A stretch of 23,377 nt of DNA, taken from positions 1 through 23,377 of the forward strand of contig JBKJLC010000220.1 of the NCBI GenBank assembly GCA_046597055.1, written 5' to 3'. This DNA comes from Kofleriaceae bacterium. GTDB taxonomy: Bacteria > Myxococcota_A > Polyangia > Haliangiales > Haliangiaceae. The notes under the pieces are model-generated. The model was not told the origin of the DNA. It ran no database searches and saw nothing but the letters and a program-made list of their open reading frames with translations. Position 1 is the stretch's first letter; each line of letters starts with the position of its first letter. The position numbers and the translations under genes are program-made. Shown here piece by piece: positions 1 to 10,397 of this stretch.

Positions 1-23
1 GGATCGAGCTTCTTGAAAAACAT
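1..23 (-). CDS. 5' end of a gene running off the left edge (MFFKKLD...), product unknown
   Basis: Minus-strand ATG TTT TTC AAG AAG CTC GAT starting at 23, with GGAGG about 13 nt upstream and an extended -10-like element at 72-80. Only 7 codons are visible. Confidence 0.45.
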
Positions 24-71
24 GGCGGGCTGGATGCCTCCGCGGGGCGGCATTGCGCCGACCCGCCGGGG

Positions 72-80
72 ATTCTAACA
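72..80 (-). promoter_or_regulatory. Putative extended -10 promoter element (TGtTAGAAT) for the gene starting at 23
   Basis: Reverse complement of attctaaca is TGTTAGAAT, matching TGn+TATAAT at 5/6 in the hexamer. It is an AT-rich island in GC-rich intergenic DNA. Confidence 0.45.
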
Positions 81-151
81 CTAGCGACGAGGCGGCCGCG
101 ACCCGACTGACTAGGCAGGCACCGGCAGGATGCCGGCCAACCCGGGCCGGG

Positions 152-1687
152 TCACTTGGGCTGATAGACCCAGATGTGGAACATGTTCACGTCGCGGCCG
201 GCGGTGAGCGCCATCTGCTTGACGGTGAGCGTCGAGTCGGTGACCAGCTCGGCCGGGACCATCGCCGGCCAGTTACGCCAGCGGTGGACGCGGTCGGTGC
301 CGACGCACGGGACCACGCCCATCGACTTCCCGTTGATCTGGAACTCGAGCTCGTAGTCGCCATAGACGTAGTCCATGCGGCGCAGGATCACGAGCGGACG
401 CCCGGGCGTGGCGTTCAGGATCTTGAACTCGGTGAAGCCACCGACGTGGGCGCGGCCGACGCCCTCGATCACGGTGCCATCGGGGTACTTGAGCTTCTGC
501 CGCGACCGGTAGCTGTCGCGCGCCTCCTTGATGTTGAAGGCGTGCTTGGTCTCGGAGTCGGTGTCGAGAATCTTGATCTCGTCGACCATCAGCCAGGTGA
601 GGCCGTCGAGGTCCATCGACTCCTTGGGATTGGGCATGACCTTGACGCCCTCCCAGTCCTTGATGTCGGCGAGCTTGATCTCGGGCTCCTTCGGCGTCTC
701 CTTGACGTCGACCAGGAGCTTCTCGCCGGCGATCGCCGCGTTCGAGATCTCGTTCAGCTTCGACTGGAAGGCCAGCATGTTGTTGAACGACTCGGGCGTG
801 AACTTCCCCTCGGCGATGAGGCCGCGGAGGATCTCGACGTGGCGCCGGAACTCGGAGAACTCCTTCTTCTGCGCGATCGCCGGGTGGTGGGCGTCGACGT
901 CGAGCGCCATCTCGCCCTCGCTCTCGATCAGCAGGTAGAAGATGTCGAAGATGTTCCGCAGGTCGATCATGTTCGACGCGTCGAGCATGAGCGCGGTGTT
1001 GCAGCACTGGACGACGTTGTTGGCCGAGTGCACGCCGCGCCGCGAGTACTCGAGCGACGAGCGACGGATCTGCCACAGGAGGTTCTGCAGGCGCAGGCGC
1101 TGGGCGGGCGCCATGAACGAGCCGGCGCGGCCGGCCCGCGGCACGTAGCGGAGATCGATCTCGTTGGCGCGCGGGTCGGCGGCATCGCGGGCGTCGCGGA
1201 TGCGGTTGGCCCCCTTCTCGAGGTAGATGCGGCCGAGCTCGACCTCGCGGGCGATGTCGGGCTCGGTCTGCGAGATCTCGACCTTGCAGCTCTCGAGGAC
1301 GCGACGGTGGCCCTTGTACTCGAGGTTCTCCTTGTAGGCGATGAAGTCGGTGAGCTCCTCGTAGAAGCGCAGGACGATGTAGATCGTCTGCGGCAGCCGG
1401 AACTCCTCGGGGTTCACGTTCTTGATCTGCGCGTCGAACACGACCAGATCGTGGCCCAGCGCATCGACCGCGTAGCCCGGCTGGATCTCGACCGACAGGT
1501 CACCACGCGCGCGCGCGTTGACGCGCAGATCGCCGCCGTGCCCGAACGCCACTCCGGGGGAGTGGAACATCCGGTTGTGCAGCGCCCGCTTGTCGATGTG
1601 ATACTTCTCGGCCTCGTTCCAGTCCTTCTCGGTGGTGAGGAACCCCTTGAAGAAGTTGATGCGCTTGAAACCGGTTTGCTCGCTCAT
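152..1687 (-). CDS. eCIS baseplate-anchored accessory / tail-fibre-position protein (511 aa) with C-terminal beta-sandwich domain
   Basis: The N-terminus RINFFKGFLTTEKDWNEAEKYHIDKRALHNRMFHSPGV..G.DLRV...VEIQPGYAVDALGHDL resembles the anchor domain of eCIS fibre/baseplate proteins. It is the last gene after the baseplate genes and has strong GC3 codon bias. Confidence 0.75.
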   Translation of the reverse strand: MSEQTGFKRINFFKGFLTTEKDWNEAEKYHIDKRALHNRMFHSPGVAFGHGGDLRVNARARGDLSVEIQPGYAVDALGHDLVVFDAQIKNVNPEEFRLPQTIYIVLRFYEELTDFIAYKENLEYKGHRRVLESCKVEISQTEPDIAREVELGRIYLEKGANRIRDARDAADPRANEIDLRYVPRAGRAGSFMAPAQRLRLQNLLWQIRRSSLEYSRRGVHSANNVVQCCNTALMLDASNMIDLRNIFDIFYLLIESEGEMALDVDAHHPAIAQKKEFSEFRRHVEILRGLIAEGKFTPESFNNMLAFQSKLNEISNAAIAGEKLLVDVKETPKEPEIKLADIKDWEGVKVMPNPKESMDLDGLTWLMVDEIKILDTDSETKHAFNIKEARDSYRSRQKLKYPDGTVIEGVGRAHVGGFTEFKILNATPGRPLVILRRMDYVYGDYELEFQINGKSMGVVPCVGTDRVHRWRNWPAMVPAELVTDSTLTVKQMALTAGRDVNMFHIWVYQPK

Positions 1688-1754
1688 GTAGGTGCTCCAA
1701 CCGAGTGCTGGTCCGCGGGCGTCGTGGCCGAGTAGGTGTGAGTTCGCGCGAGCA

Positions 1755-2618
1755 CTACGAGTCTTCCTCGACGACCTCGGCCCCGATGCCGATGCCGGAC
1801 CGGGTGCCGATCGAGAAGAACTCGCGCAGCTCGACGTCGCCTTCCTCTTCGAGGAAGCGCAGGTAGTAGTGCGTGTGGGCCGGCTTCTCCATCTGCACGA
1901 TCTGGTGCACGCGGAACACCAGCTCCGGCGTCACGTCGTCGAACTTCACCGGGATGGTGATGATGTAGCAGTGGGCCAGATTGACCGGCGGCAGGATCAC
2001 CGAGTCGATGCCGATGCGGGCCTCGGTCTCGACGCGAAAGCCCTTGAACGGCCAGACGTTCTCGGTGATGTCGGGCTCGTAGCCGGTGAACAGCTTCAGG
2101 AACAGCGCGAGCGCCCGCTTGGTGCCGCGGATCCGGTACAGGTCGACCGCGCGCTTGATGAGCGCGCGTTTGCGCGACTCCGGCCAGTCGAGGTCGACCG
2201 TGAAGGCCATCCACGACGCCAGCCACGGCAGGAACTCCGTCGGCGTGGTGTGCGGATCGTAGTACTTGAAGTTGCTCTCGATCTTCTTGTCGATCGCGCC
2301 GAACATGTGCTCGAAGAGGAAGCACAGGTCGCGGACGACGTTGTGGCCGATCGCGTCCGAGCGGCGGTACAGCGCCGGCAGGTGCTGCAGATAGCCGCGC
2401 CGCGCGATCCACAGCGTGACCTCGGTGCCCTCGTAGACCATCTGGCCGCGCGCCGGCCGCTGATCGACGACGGTGTCGGGCTCCTCGTAGCCCTCGCGGA
2501 ACAGCACGACCAGCTTGCCGAGGCTGGCATCCTCCATGAGGATGCGCGCCTTCTCGATCGAGAGTCCGGCGACCTCGGGGACCCGGACGACTTTGCGGTT
2601 GACGAGCTCGGCCACCAT
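1755..2618 (-). CDS. Baseplate wedge protein, P2 tail protein I-like, with N-terminal PASTA domain (287 aa)
   Basis: YLQHLPALYR, DPHTTPTEFLPWLASW, AVDLYRIRGTKRAL and EKPAHT are Tail_P2_I-type motifs. Residues ~10-73 (VPEVAGLSIEKARILM...DTVVDQRPARGQMVYEGTEVTLWIA) fit the PASTA consensus. It starts 2 nt after the baseplate J stop. Confidence 0.85.
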   Translation of the reverse strand: MVAELVNRKVVRVPEVAGLSIEKARILMEDASLGKLVVLFREGYEEPDTVVDQRPARGQMVYEGTEVTLWIARRGYLQHLPALYRRSDAIGHNVVRDLCFLFEHMFGAIDKKIESNFKYYDPHTTPTEFLPWLASWMAFTVDLDWPESRKRALIKRAVDLYRIRGTKRALALFLKLFTGYEPDITENVWPFKGFRVETEARIGIDSVILPPVNLAHCYIITIPVKFDDVTPELVFRVHQIVQMEKPAHTHYYLRFLEEEGDVELREFFSIGTRSGIGIGAEVVEEDS

Positions 2619-2620
2619 GG

Positions 2621-5650
<3,030 letters not shown>

Positions 5651-5704
5651 GTGGTCGCCCAGGTGTGAGTGCAGCGGTGGTGGCGGAGGGAGCGGCGACG
5701 CCGA

Positions 5705-6121
5705 TCAGCTCGCCACCTCGTCCGGCTGGCGCAGGTAGAAGGGGTAGACCAGGTTCTTCACGTGGGTCTGGCCGATGATCTTGTACGTGATCCGGATGTC
5801 GAGGCGGTTCGGCTCGGTCTTCGACGGCTCGGCCTTGACCGTCAGCTCGTCGATGCGCGGCTCGAACTTGTAGAGCGCCTCTTCGCAGAAGAACTCGGCG
5901 CGGGCCGAGGTGACGTAGTTGTTCGGCGCAAACATCAGGTCGTGGATCCGGCAGCCGAACTGAGGGCGCCGGACGCGCTCGCCCGGCGCGGTGCCCATGA
6001 TGATGAACATCGACTCGCGAACGTTCTCCTCGAGCGACGAGGAGGAGATGCCGCCGGTGAGGTTGATCGCCACCGGGAAGCGCCAGCCCTTGCCGAGGAA
6101 AGCACGGTCGTCGGCCATCAA
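5705..6121 (-). CDS. GPW/gp25-family baseplate protein (Afp9-like)
   Basis: [10 protein letters not shown]...[19 protein letters not shown]...FEPRI...NLVYPFYL. The start may be the second ATG (6118). Confidence 0.93.
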   Translation of the reverse strand: MMADDRAFLGKGWRFPVAINLTGGISSSSLEENVRESMFIIMGTAPGERVRRPQFGCRIHDLMFAPNNYVTSARAEFFCEEALYKFEPRIDELTVKAEPSKTEPNRLDIRITYKIIGQTHVKNLVYPFYLRQPDEVAS

Positions 6122-6226
6122 TCAGTCCCCCGTAATTGGAGTCGTGACCGCCCGGTTTGTGACAGGCGGACCTTCGTGGATGTCGTCATGAGCGTCCCCC
6201 GACGCGATGACGCTGAACATTCGAGC

Positions 6227-6412
6227 TCAGGGCGGCGCGAACCGGCCCTGGATGTACTTGCCGCACTTCGAGCACGAGATGCGCGTCGACCACTCGAGCT
6301 CTTCGACAGTGAGCGGCCGGTGCTTGCAGAGCGGGCACGTGAGATCACCCGGCCGCCCTGCCATGATCTGATCGAGCACGTCCTGCCATACGATCAGCTC
6401 TTCCTCGTCCAC
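6227..6412 (-). CDS. Small Zn-ribbon protein (61 aa, CxxC...CxxC)
   Basis: GTG start with AAAGGA RBS, CPLC and CSKC pairs, GC3-biased codons, and a promoter immediately upstream. Confidence 0.75.
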   Translation of the reverse strand: MDEEELIVWQDVLDQIMAGRPGDLTCPLCKHRPLTVEELEWSTRISCSKCGKYIQGRFAPP

Positions 6413-6451
6413 CGCGGTCCTTTCGCGGGGGACAGTTCCCGCCGCGGGGTA

Positions 6452-6480
6452 ATCCTATGGAACCGGTCAGAAGCGGTCAA
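6452..6480 (-). promoter_or_regulatory. Internal sigma70-like promoter TTGACC-N17-TAGGAT
   Basis: -35 box TTGACC (6480-6475), 17-nt spacer, -10 box TAGGAT (6457-6452), about 40 nt upstream of the GTG at 6412. Confidence 0.65.
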
Positions 6481-6493
6481 CGCGTCGACCCTT

Positions 6494-6521
6494 GTTTTCC
6501 GGCCGGAAGCCGGCGGAAAAA
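6494..6521. promoter_or_regulatory. Inverted repeat just upstream of the -35 box (operator or hairpin)
   Basis: gttttccg-g-ccgg-aag-ccgg-cggaaaac: 8-bp plus 4-bp arms with one bulged base. Confidence 0.45.
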
Positions 6522-6747
6522 CTCGACTGTCGAGCATCCCCAGGCCGCGCTGCGGCATGACCATGGCGTCGTCATCGCAGAGCAACGATGCGGCGTCAAT
6601 CCGGAGACCAGCGCCGCGCTCGAGCTTGCCGGAACCTGCCCGAGGTAGCCGCCGGGACCTGCAGGTTCCCGTGCATGACCTCACCCAGCACTCGCGCCAC
6701 CGCCCGCGCTCGCCGGGCCCATGCCGGGCGTCGACCGAGCCTCCCGA

Positions 6748-9669
6748 TCAGTCGATCTTGCCCTTCACCCCGGACGGATCGGCGTCGATCGTCGCGCGGG
6801 TGTCGGGCATGCCCGGGTCGGCGACGCTATCGATGCCGGCCTCGGTCGAGCGCTTCGCCGAGCCCTGCGCGTCGCGCGCGCCGCGGGTCGCCTCGACGCT
6901 GTCGCGGGTGCCCTCGGTCGCTGCCGCGGTCGCCGCGCCCTTGGGCGCACCGGCCGTGGTGTCGATCTTCGTGTCGATCGTTGCCCGGGTGTCGCTGACG
7001 TCGCCGACGTCATCGAGCTGACGGACCTCGCGCTCCTTGCCGCGCAGCTCTGACTGGCCACCGGTGACGTTGGCCTGCGCCGGCGCCGCCTGCGCGCGCG
7101 CCTTGCCGTCGACATCGGTGGCGCCGCGCACGTCGCCTTCGGCGCGCGCTTGCGTACCGCCCGCCTTCGATTCCGCACCGCGCTGTGCGGTCTGGGCGTC
7201 AGACAGTCCGGAGGCATCTTTGCCCTGGGCGGTCGCGCGCCCGGTCTGGGCCTCGGCCGCGGAGCCATCGGGCACGCGCCCGGTCCCCGCGCTGACGTCG
7301 CCGCTTGCCGCGGCGCCTGCGGTACCACCGCCCGCCATACCCGCGACGTCACCCGACGCCGCCGCCGAAGCCGGACGGCCGCCGACATCACCCGCGGTGG
7401 GCGCCGCGACGCTCACGCTGCCGCTCGCACCCGAGGCGACGCCCGCGCTTCCGGCGCCACCGACGCTCGCGCCGCCGACGTTGGCGGACGCCGCGCCCGA
7501 CGTGCTGGTGGCCGCGGTCGCGCCGGCCTTGGCAGCGTCACCCTTGGCACCGACCTGCGCGGCGGGCGCGCTGGTGGCCGCGCCCGCGGCACCCGAAGCA
7601 TCGCCACGTGCGGCCGCGCCGGCGGCCGCGCTGCCGGTCGCGCCACCAACGTCGCCGCTCGCGGCCGCGCCCGCCTTGGCGCCACCGGCAGCGGTGGCGG
7701 CCCCGGTCGCATCACCGGACGCGGCCGCGCCGGCCGCACCGCCACCGGCCGCGCCCTTCACGTCGCCGGATGCCGCCGCCCCGGCCTGGGCGCCTCCGCC
7801 GGCGGTGACCGCACCCTTCGCGTCGCCGCTGGCCGCGGCCCCCGCCGCGCCGCCACCGGCCGCGCCCGCGACGTTGCCACTCGCGGCTGCGCCCGCCTGC
7901 GCGCCGGCGCCCGCCGTGACGGCGCCCTTGGCGTCGCCGCTGGCCGCTGCGCCGGCGGCGCCACCACCGGCCGCGCCCGAGACATTGCCCGACGCCGCCG
8001 CGCCCGCCTGGGCGCCACCACCGGCGGCGACCGCGCCCTTGGCATCGCCGCTGGCCGCCGCGCCCGCGGCGCCGCCACCGGCCGCACCCGAGACGTTGCC
8101 ACTCGCGGCCGCGCCCGCGGCACCACCACCGACCGCGCCCTTCGCGTCACCGCTCGCGGCTGCGCCGGCCGCGCCGCCCCCCGCGGCTGCCGACACGTTG
8201 CCCGAGGCGGCCGCGCCGGCCTGCCCGCCACCGACCGCGCCCTTCACGTCGCCACTCGCGGCCGCGCCGGCCGCCCCGCCACCGGCCGCCGCCGAGACGT
8301 TGCCCGCGGCGGCCGCCTTGCCGGACGCGCTCGCCGAGCCCGACGCGCCCGCTGCGCCCGCCGCCCCGGTCGCCCCGGCCTTGCCGGACGCGCTCGCCGA
8401 GCCCGCTGCGCCCGCTGCGCCCGCCACCCCGGACGCGCCGGCCGAGCCCGACGCGCCCGCTGCGCCCGCCGCCCCGGCCGCGCCCGATGCGCTCGCCGAG
8501 CCCGACGCGCCCGCCGCACCGGCGGCGCCCGACGCACTCGCCGAGCCCGACGCACTCGCCGAGCCCGACACCCCGGCGGCGCCGGCCGCGCCCGACGCGC
8601 TCGCGGATCCGGACGCGGTCGCAGACCCGCTCACGTCCGCGGTCGACCCGCCCTGGGCCGCGCTGTCGCGCGCGGCTGGCGTCCCACCCGCAGGAGGCGC
8701 GCTCGGCGCGTCGGCGGCCGCGGCCCCCCCGGCCGCGGCTGCACCAGGCGCCGATGCGTCCCGCGACGCCGCCTCGCGCTGACCGGGCGTGCCGCCCGCG
8801 GGCGCGCCCCCGGCGTCGGTGCCCGCGGCACCGCCCGCACCACCGGCGCCGGCACCACCGCCGCCCGCGCCACCGGCCCCGCCACCGCCGCCCGCGCCAC
8901 CACCGCCGCCGCCGCCCGCGCCACCACCCGGCGTGACCTGACTGCCGGCGTCCGCGCCGGTCAGCGCCTGCACCGCGGCAACCACGGCCTGCACGATGGC
9001 CGCCATCGCGCCCATGTTGACCTGCACCTGCGAGCCGATCTTCAGCTCGCCCGAGCCCTTCATGTTGAGCGCGCCCTGCGTCGTCACCGCGATCGTCGCG
9101 CCCTCCGCCTTGATCGCGCCGGACTTGGACGTGACCTTCACGGCCTTGCCCTGGATGATCACGTTGCCCTGCGCCTTGATCGTGATGTCGCCCGACGACT
9201 CGATGCTCGTCGTCTTCTCGGCGACGTCCATCGAGATCTTGTTCTTCTTGGTCGAGTCGACGATCGTGACCTTCTCGGCACCGCTGGTGTCGTCGAAGAT
9301 GATGCGGTGACCGCTCTTCGACTTGATGACCTTGACGTCGTTCTTGCCGTCGGCGTTGGTCTCGGGCGGCGGCTCGGTCTCGTTCCACAGACAGCCGATC
9401 ACGATCGGCCGCTCGATCTCGCCGTACTCGAACACCACCAGGACCTGATCCTCCTTCTCCGGGAGGAAATAGGTCCCGCGGTCGGGTCCCGCCATCGGCA
9501 CCGCGATACGCGCCCAGAACGTCTTCTCGTCGCCGGGCAGCCACGGGTACCGGACCTTGACCCGGTAGGGCTGGCCGTCGTCCTTGTTGTCGACGACCAC
9601 GGCGAGATGCACGCCCCGAATCTTTTCGGCGCGGGTCGAGGCGGGGTGGAAGCTGTCGCGGTTGATCAC
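6748..9669 (-). CDS. gp5/gpV-type spike protein (OB fold + beta-helix) with ~750-aa Gly/Ala-rich C-terminal extension (~973 aa)
   Basis: GVHLAVVVDN...RVKVRYPWL...WARIAVPMAGPDRGTYFLPEKEDQVLVVFEYG...PIVIGCLWN and IKSKSGHRIIFDD motifs. Start placed at GTG 9669, directly after the upstream stop at 9672, rather than at 9726. Confidence 0.88.
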   Translation of the reverse strand: MINRDSFHPASTRAEKIRGVHLAVVVDNKDDGQPYRVKVRYPWLPGDEKTFWARIAVPMAGPDRGTYFLPEKEDQVLVVFEYGEIERPIVIGCLWNETEPPPETNADGKNDVKVIKSKSGHRIIFDDTSGAEKVTIVDSTKKNKISMDVAEKTTSIESSGDITIKAQGNVIIQGKAVKVTSKSGAIKAEGATIAVTTQGALNMKGSGELKIGSQVQVNMGAMAAIVQAVVAAVQALTGADAGSQVTPGGGAGGGGGGGAGGGGGAGGAGGGGAGAGGAGGAAGTDAGGAPAGGTPGQREAASRDASAPGAAAAGGAAAADAPSAPPAGGTPAARDSAAQGGSTADVSGSATASGSASASGAAGAAGVSGSASASGSASASGAAGAAGASGSASASGAAGAAGAAGASGSAGASGVAGAAGAAGSASASGKAGATGAAGAAGASGSASASGKAAAAGNVSAAAGGGAAGAAASGDVKGAVGGGQAGAAASGNVSAAAGGGAAGAAASGDAKGAVGGGAAGAAASGNVSGAAGGGAAGAAASGDAKGAVAAGGGAQAGAAASGNVSGAAGGGAAGAAASGDAKGAVTAGAGAQAGAAASGNVAGAAGGGAAGAAASGDAKGAVTAGGGAQAGAAASGDVKGAAGGGAAGAAASGDATGAATAAGGAKAGAAASGDVGGATGSAAAGAAARGDASGAAGAATSAPAAQVGAKGDAAKAGATAATSTSGAASANVGGASVGGAGSAGVASGASGSVSVAAPTAGDVGGRPASAAASGDVAGMAGGGTAGAAASGDVSAGTGRVPDGSAAEAQTGRATAQGKDASGLSDAQTAQRGAESKAGGTQARAEGDVRGATDVDGKARAQAAPAQANVTGGQSELRGKEREVRQLDDVGDVSDTRATIDTKIDTTAGAPKGAATAAATEGTRDSVEATRGARDAQGSAKRSTEAGIDSVADPGMPDTRATIDADPSGVKGKID
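7590..8315 (-). repeat. About 14 tandem coding repeats of 17 or 20 aa, AAASG[D/N][V/A]xGA...G[A/Q]AG
   Basis: Counted in the translation. N-type (AAASGNVSGAAGGGAAG) and D-type (AAASGDAKGAVTAGGGAQAG) units alternate. Boundaries are approximate. Confidence 0.85.
8315..8636 (-). repeat. About 6 degenerate coding repeats ASGSASASGAAGAAG
   Basis: Recurrent gacgcgctcgccgagcccgacgc DNA motif with a matching peptide repeat. Boundaries are approximate. Confidence 0.8.
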
Positions 9670-9671
9670 GG

Positions 9672-10394
9672 CTAACCTACGGTGGTGGTCGCGCCCTCGT
9701 ACTTGCCGGCCTGCGAGGACACGCACTCGGCCGAGCCGCTTCCCTTGAAGCTCAGCTCGCCGGTGGCCTTGATGTCCATCTTGTCATCGGCGCGGATCTC
9801 GACCTTCATCCCCTCGATCGACAGCTTCCCGTTGGGACAGAGGATGTTCAGCTTGCCCGAGGTCGACGAGATCGCGACGCCGGTGCCGGCCGCGCCGCCA
9901 CACTTGGTGGCTTCGTGCGCGTTGGGGCCGCCGCCGCCCTTGTCGAAGTTGCCGACGGTGAGCTGCAGCGCGTTGCTCTTGTCGCGCATGGAGACCTTGG
10001 ACTTCGACGAGTCATCGAGCAGGAACCGGCTGCCCGACCGGCTGCGATAGCCGCGGAACTCGTTCTTGCCGTCGGTGACCGGCTCGGGCGCGGCGTCGGT
10101 CTTGCTCCAGATGCCGCCGAGCACGATCGGCTGCCAGATGCTGCCGGCGACGAACACCACCGCGACCACGTCGTCGATCTCGGGCAGCATCCACCAGCCG
10201 AACTTGTTGCCGCACATGGGCGTGGCGAGCTGGGCCCAGTGAGCCTGGTCCTGATCACCGCCGGGCATCCACGGGAACCGCACCTTGAGGCGGCCGAGCT
10301 TCTTCTCCGCGTCCTTGTTCTGGCAGACGATGCCGTAGTAGACGCCGCACAGCGTCCCGTCGTTGCTCCACGGCCGCGCCCCGCCCGCGAGCAC
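9672..10394 (-). CDS. gp5/gpV-type spike protein, phage baseplate assembly protein V family (240 aa)
   Basis: GVYYGIVCQNKD...LGRLKVRFPW...WAQLATPMCG...GWWMLPEIDDVVAVVF..G....PIVLGGIW and RSRSGSRFLLDD, followed by beta-helix-like repeats. Confidence 0.9.
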   Translation of the reverse strand: MLAGGARPWSNDGTLCGVYYGIVCQNKDAEKKLGRLKVRFPWMPGGDQDQAHWAQLATPMCGNKFGWWMLPEIDDVVAVVFVAGSIWQPIVLGGIWSKTDAAPEPVTDGKNEFRGYRSRSGSRFLLDDSSKSKVSMRDKSNALQLTVGNFDKGGGGPNAHEATKCGGAAGTGVAISSTSGKLNILCPNGKLSIEGMKVEIRADDKMDIKATGELSFKGSGSAECVSSQAGKYEGATTTVG

Positions 10395-10397
10395 CGA

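Noticed and set aside
7230..8940. Repeats as a CRISPR array, collagen or ice-nucleation domain
   Set aside because: The repeats are in-frame and degenerate with no unique spacers. There is no sustained Gly-X-Y register with Pro and no AGYGST octapeptide.
9670..9726. ORF-track start of the second spike at 9726
   Set aside because: It overlaps the upstream spike gene by 55 nt and adds an Arg-rich junk peptide. GTG at 9669 directly follows the upstream stop.
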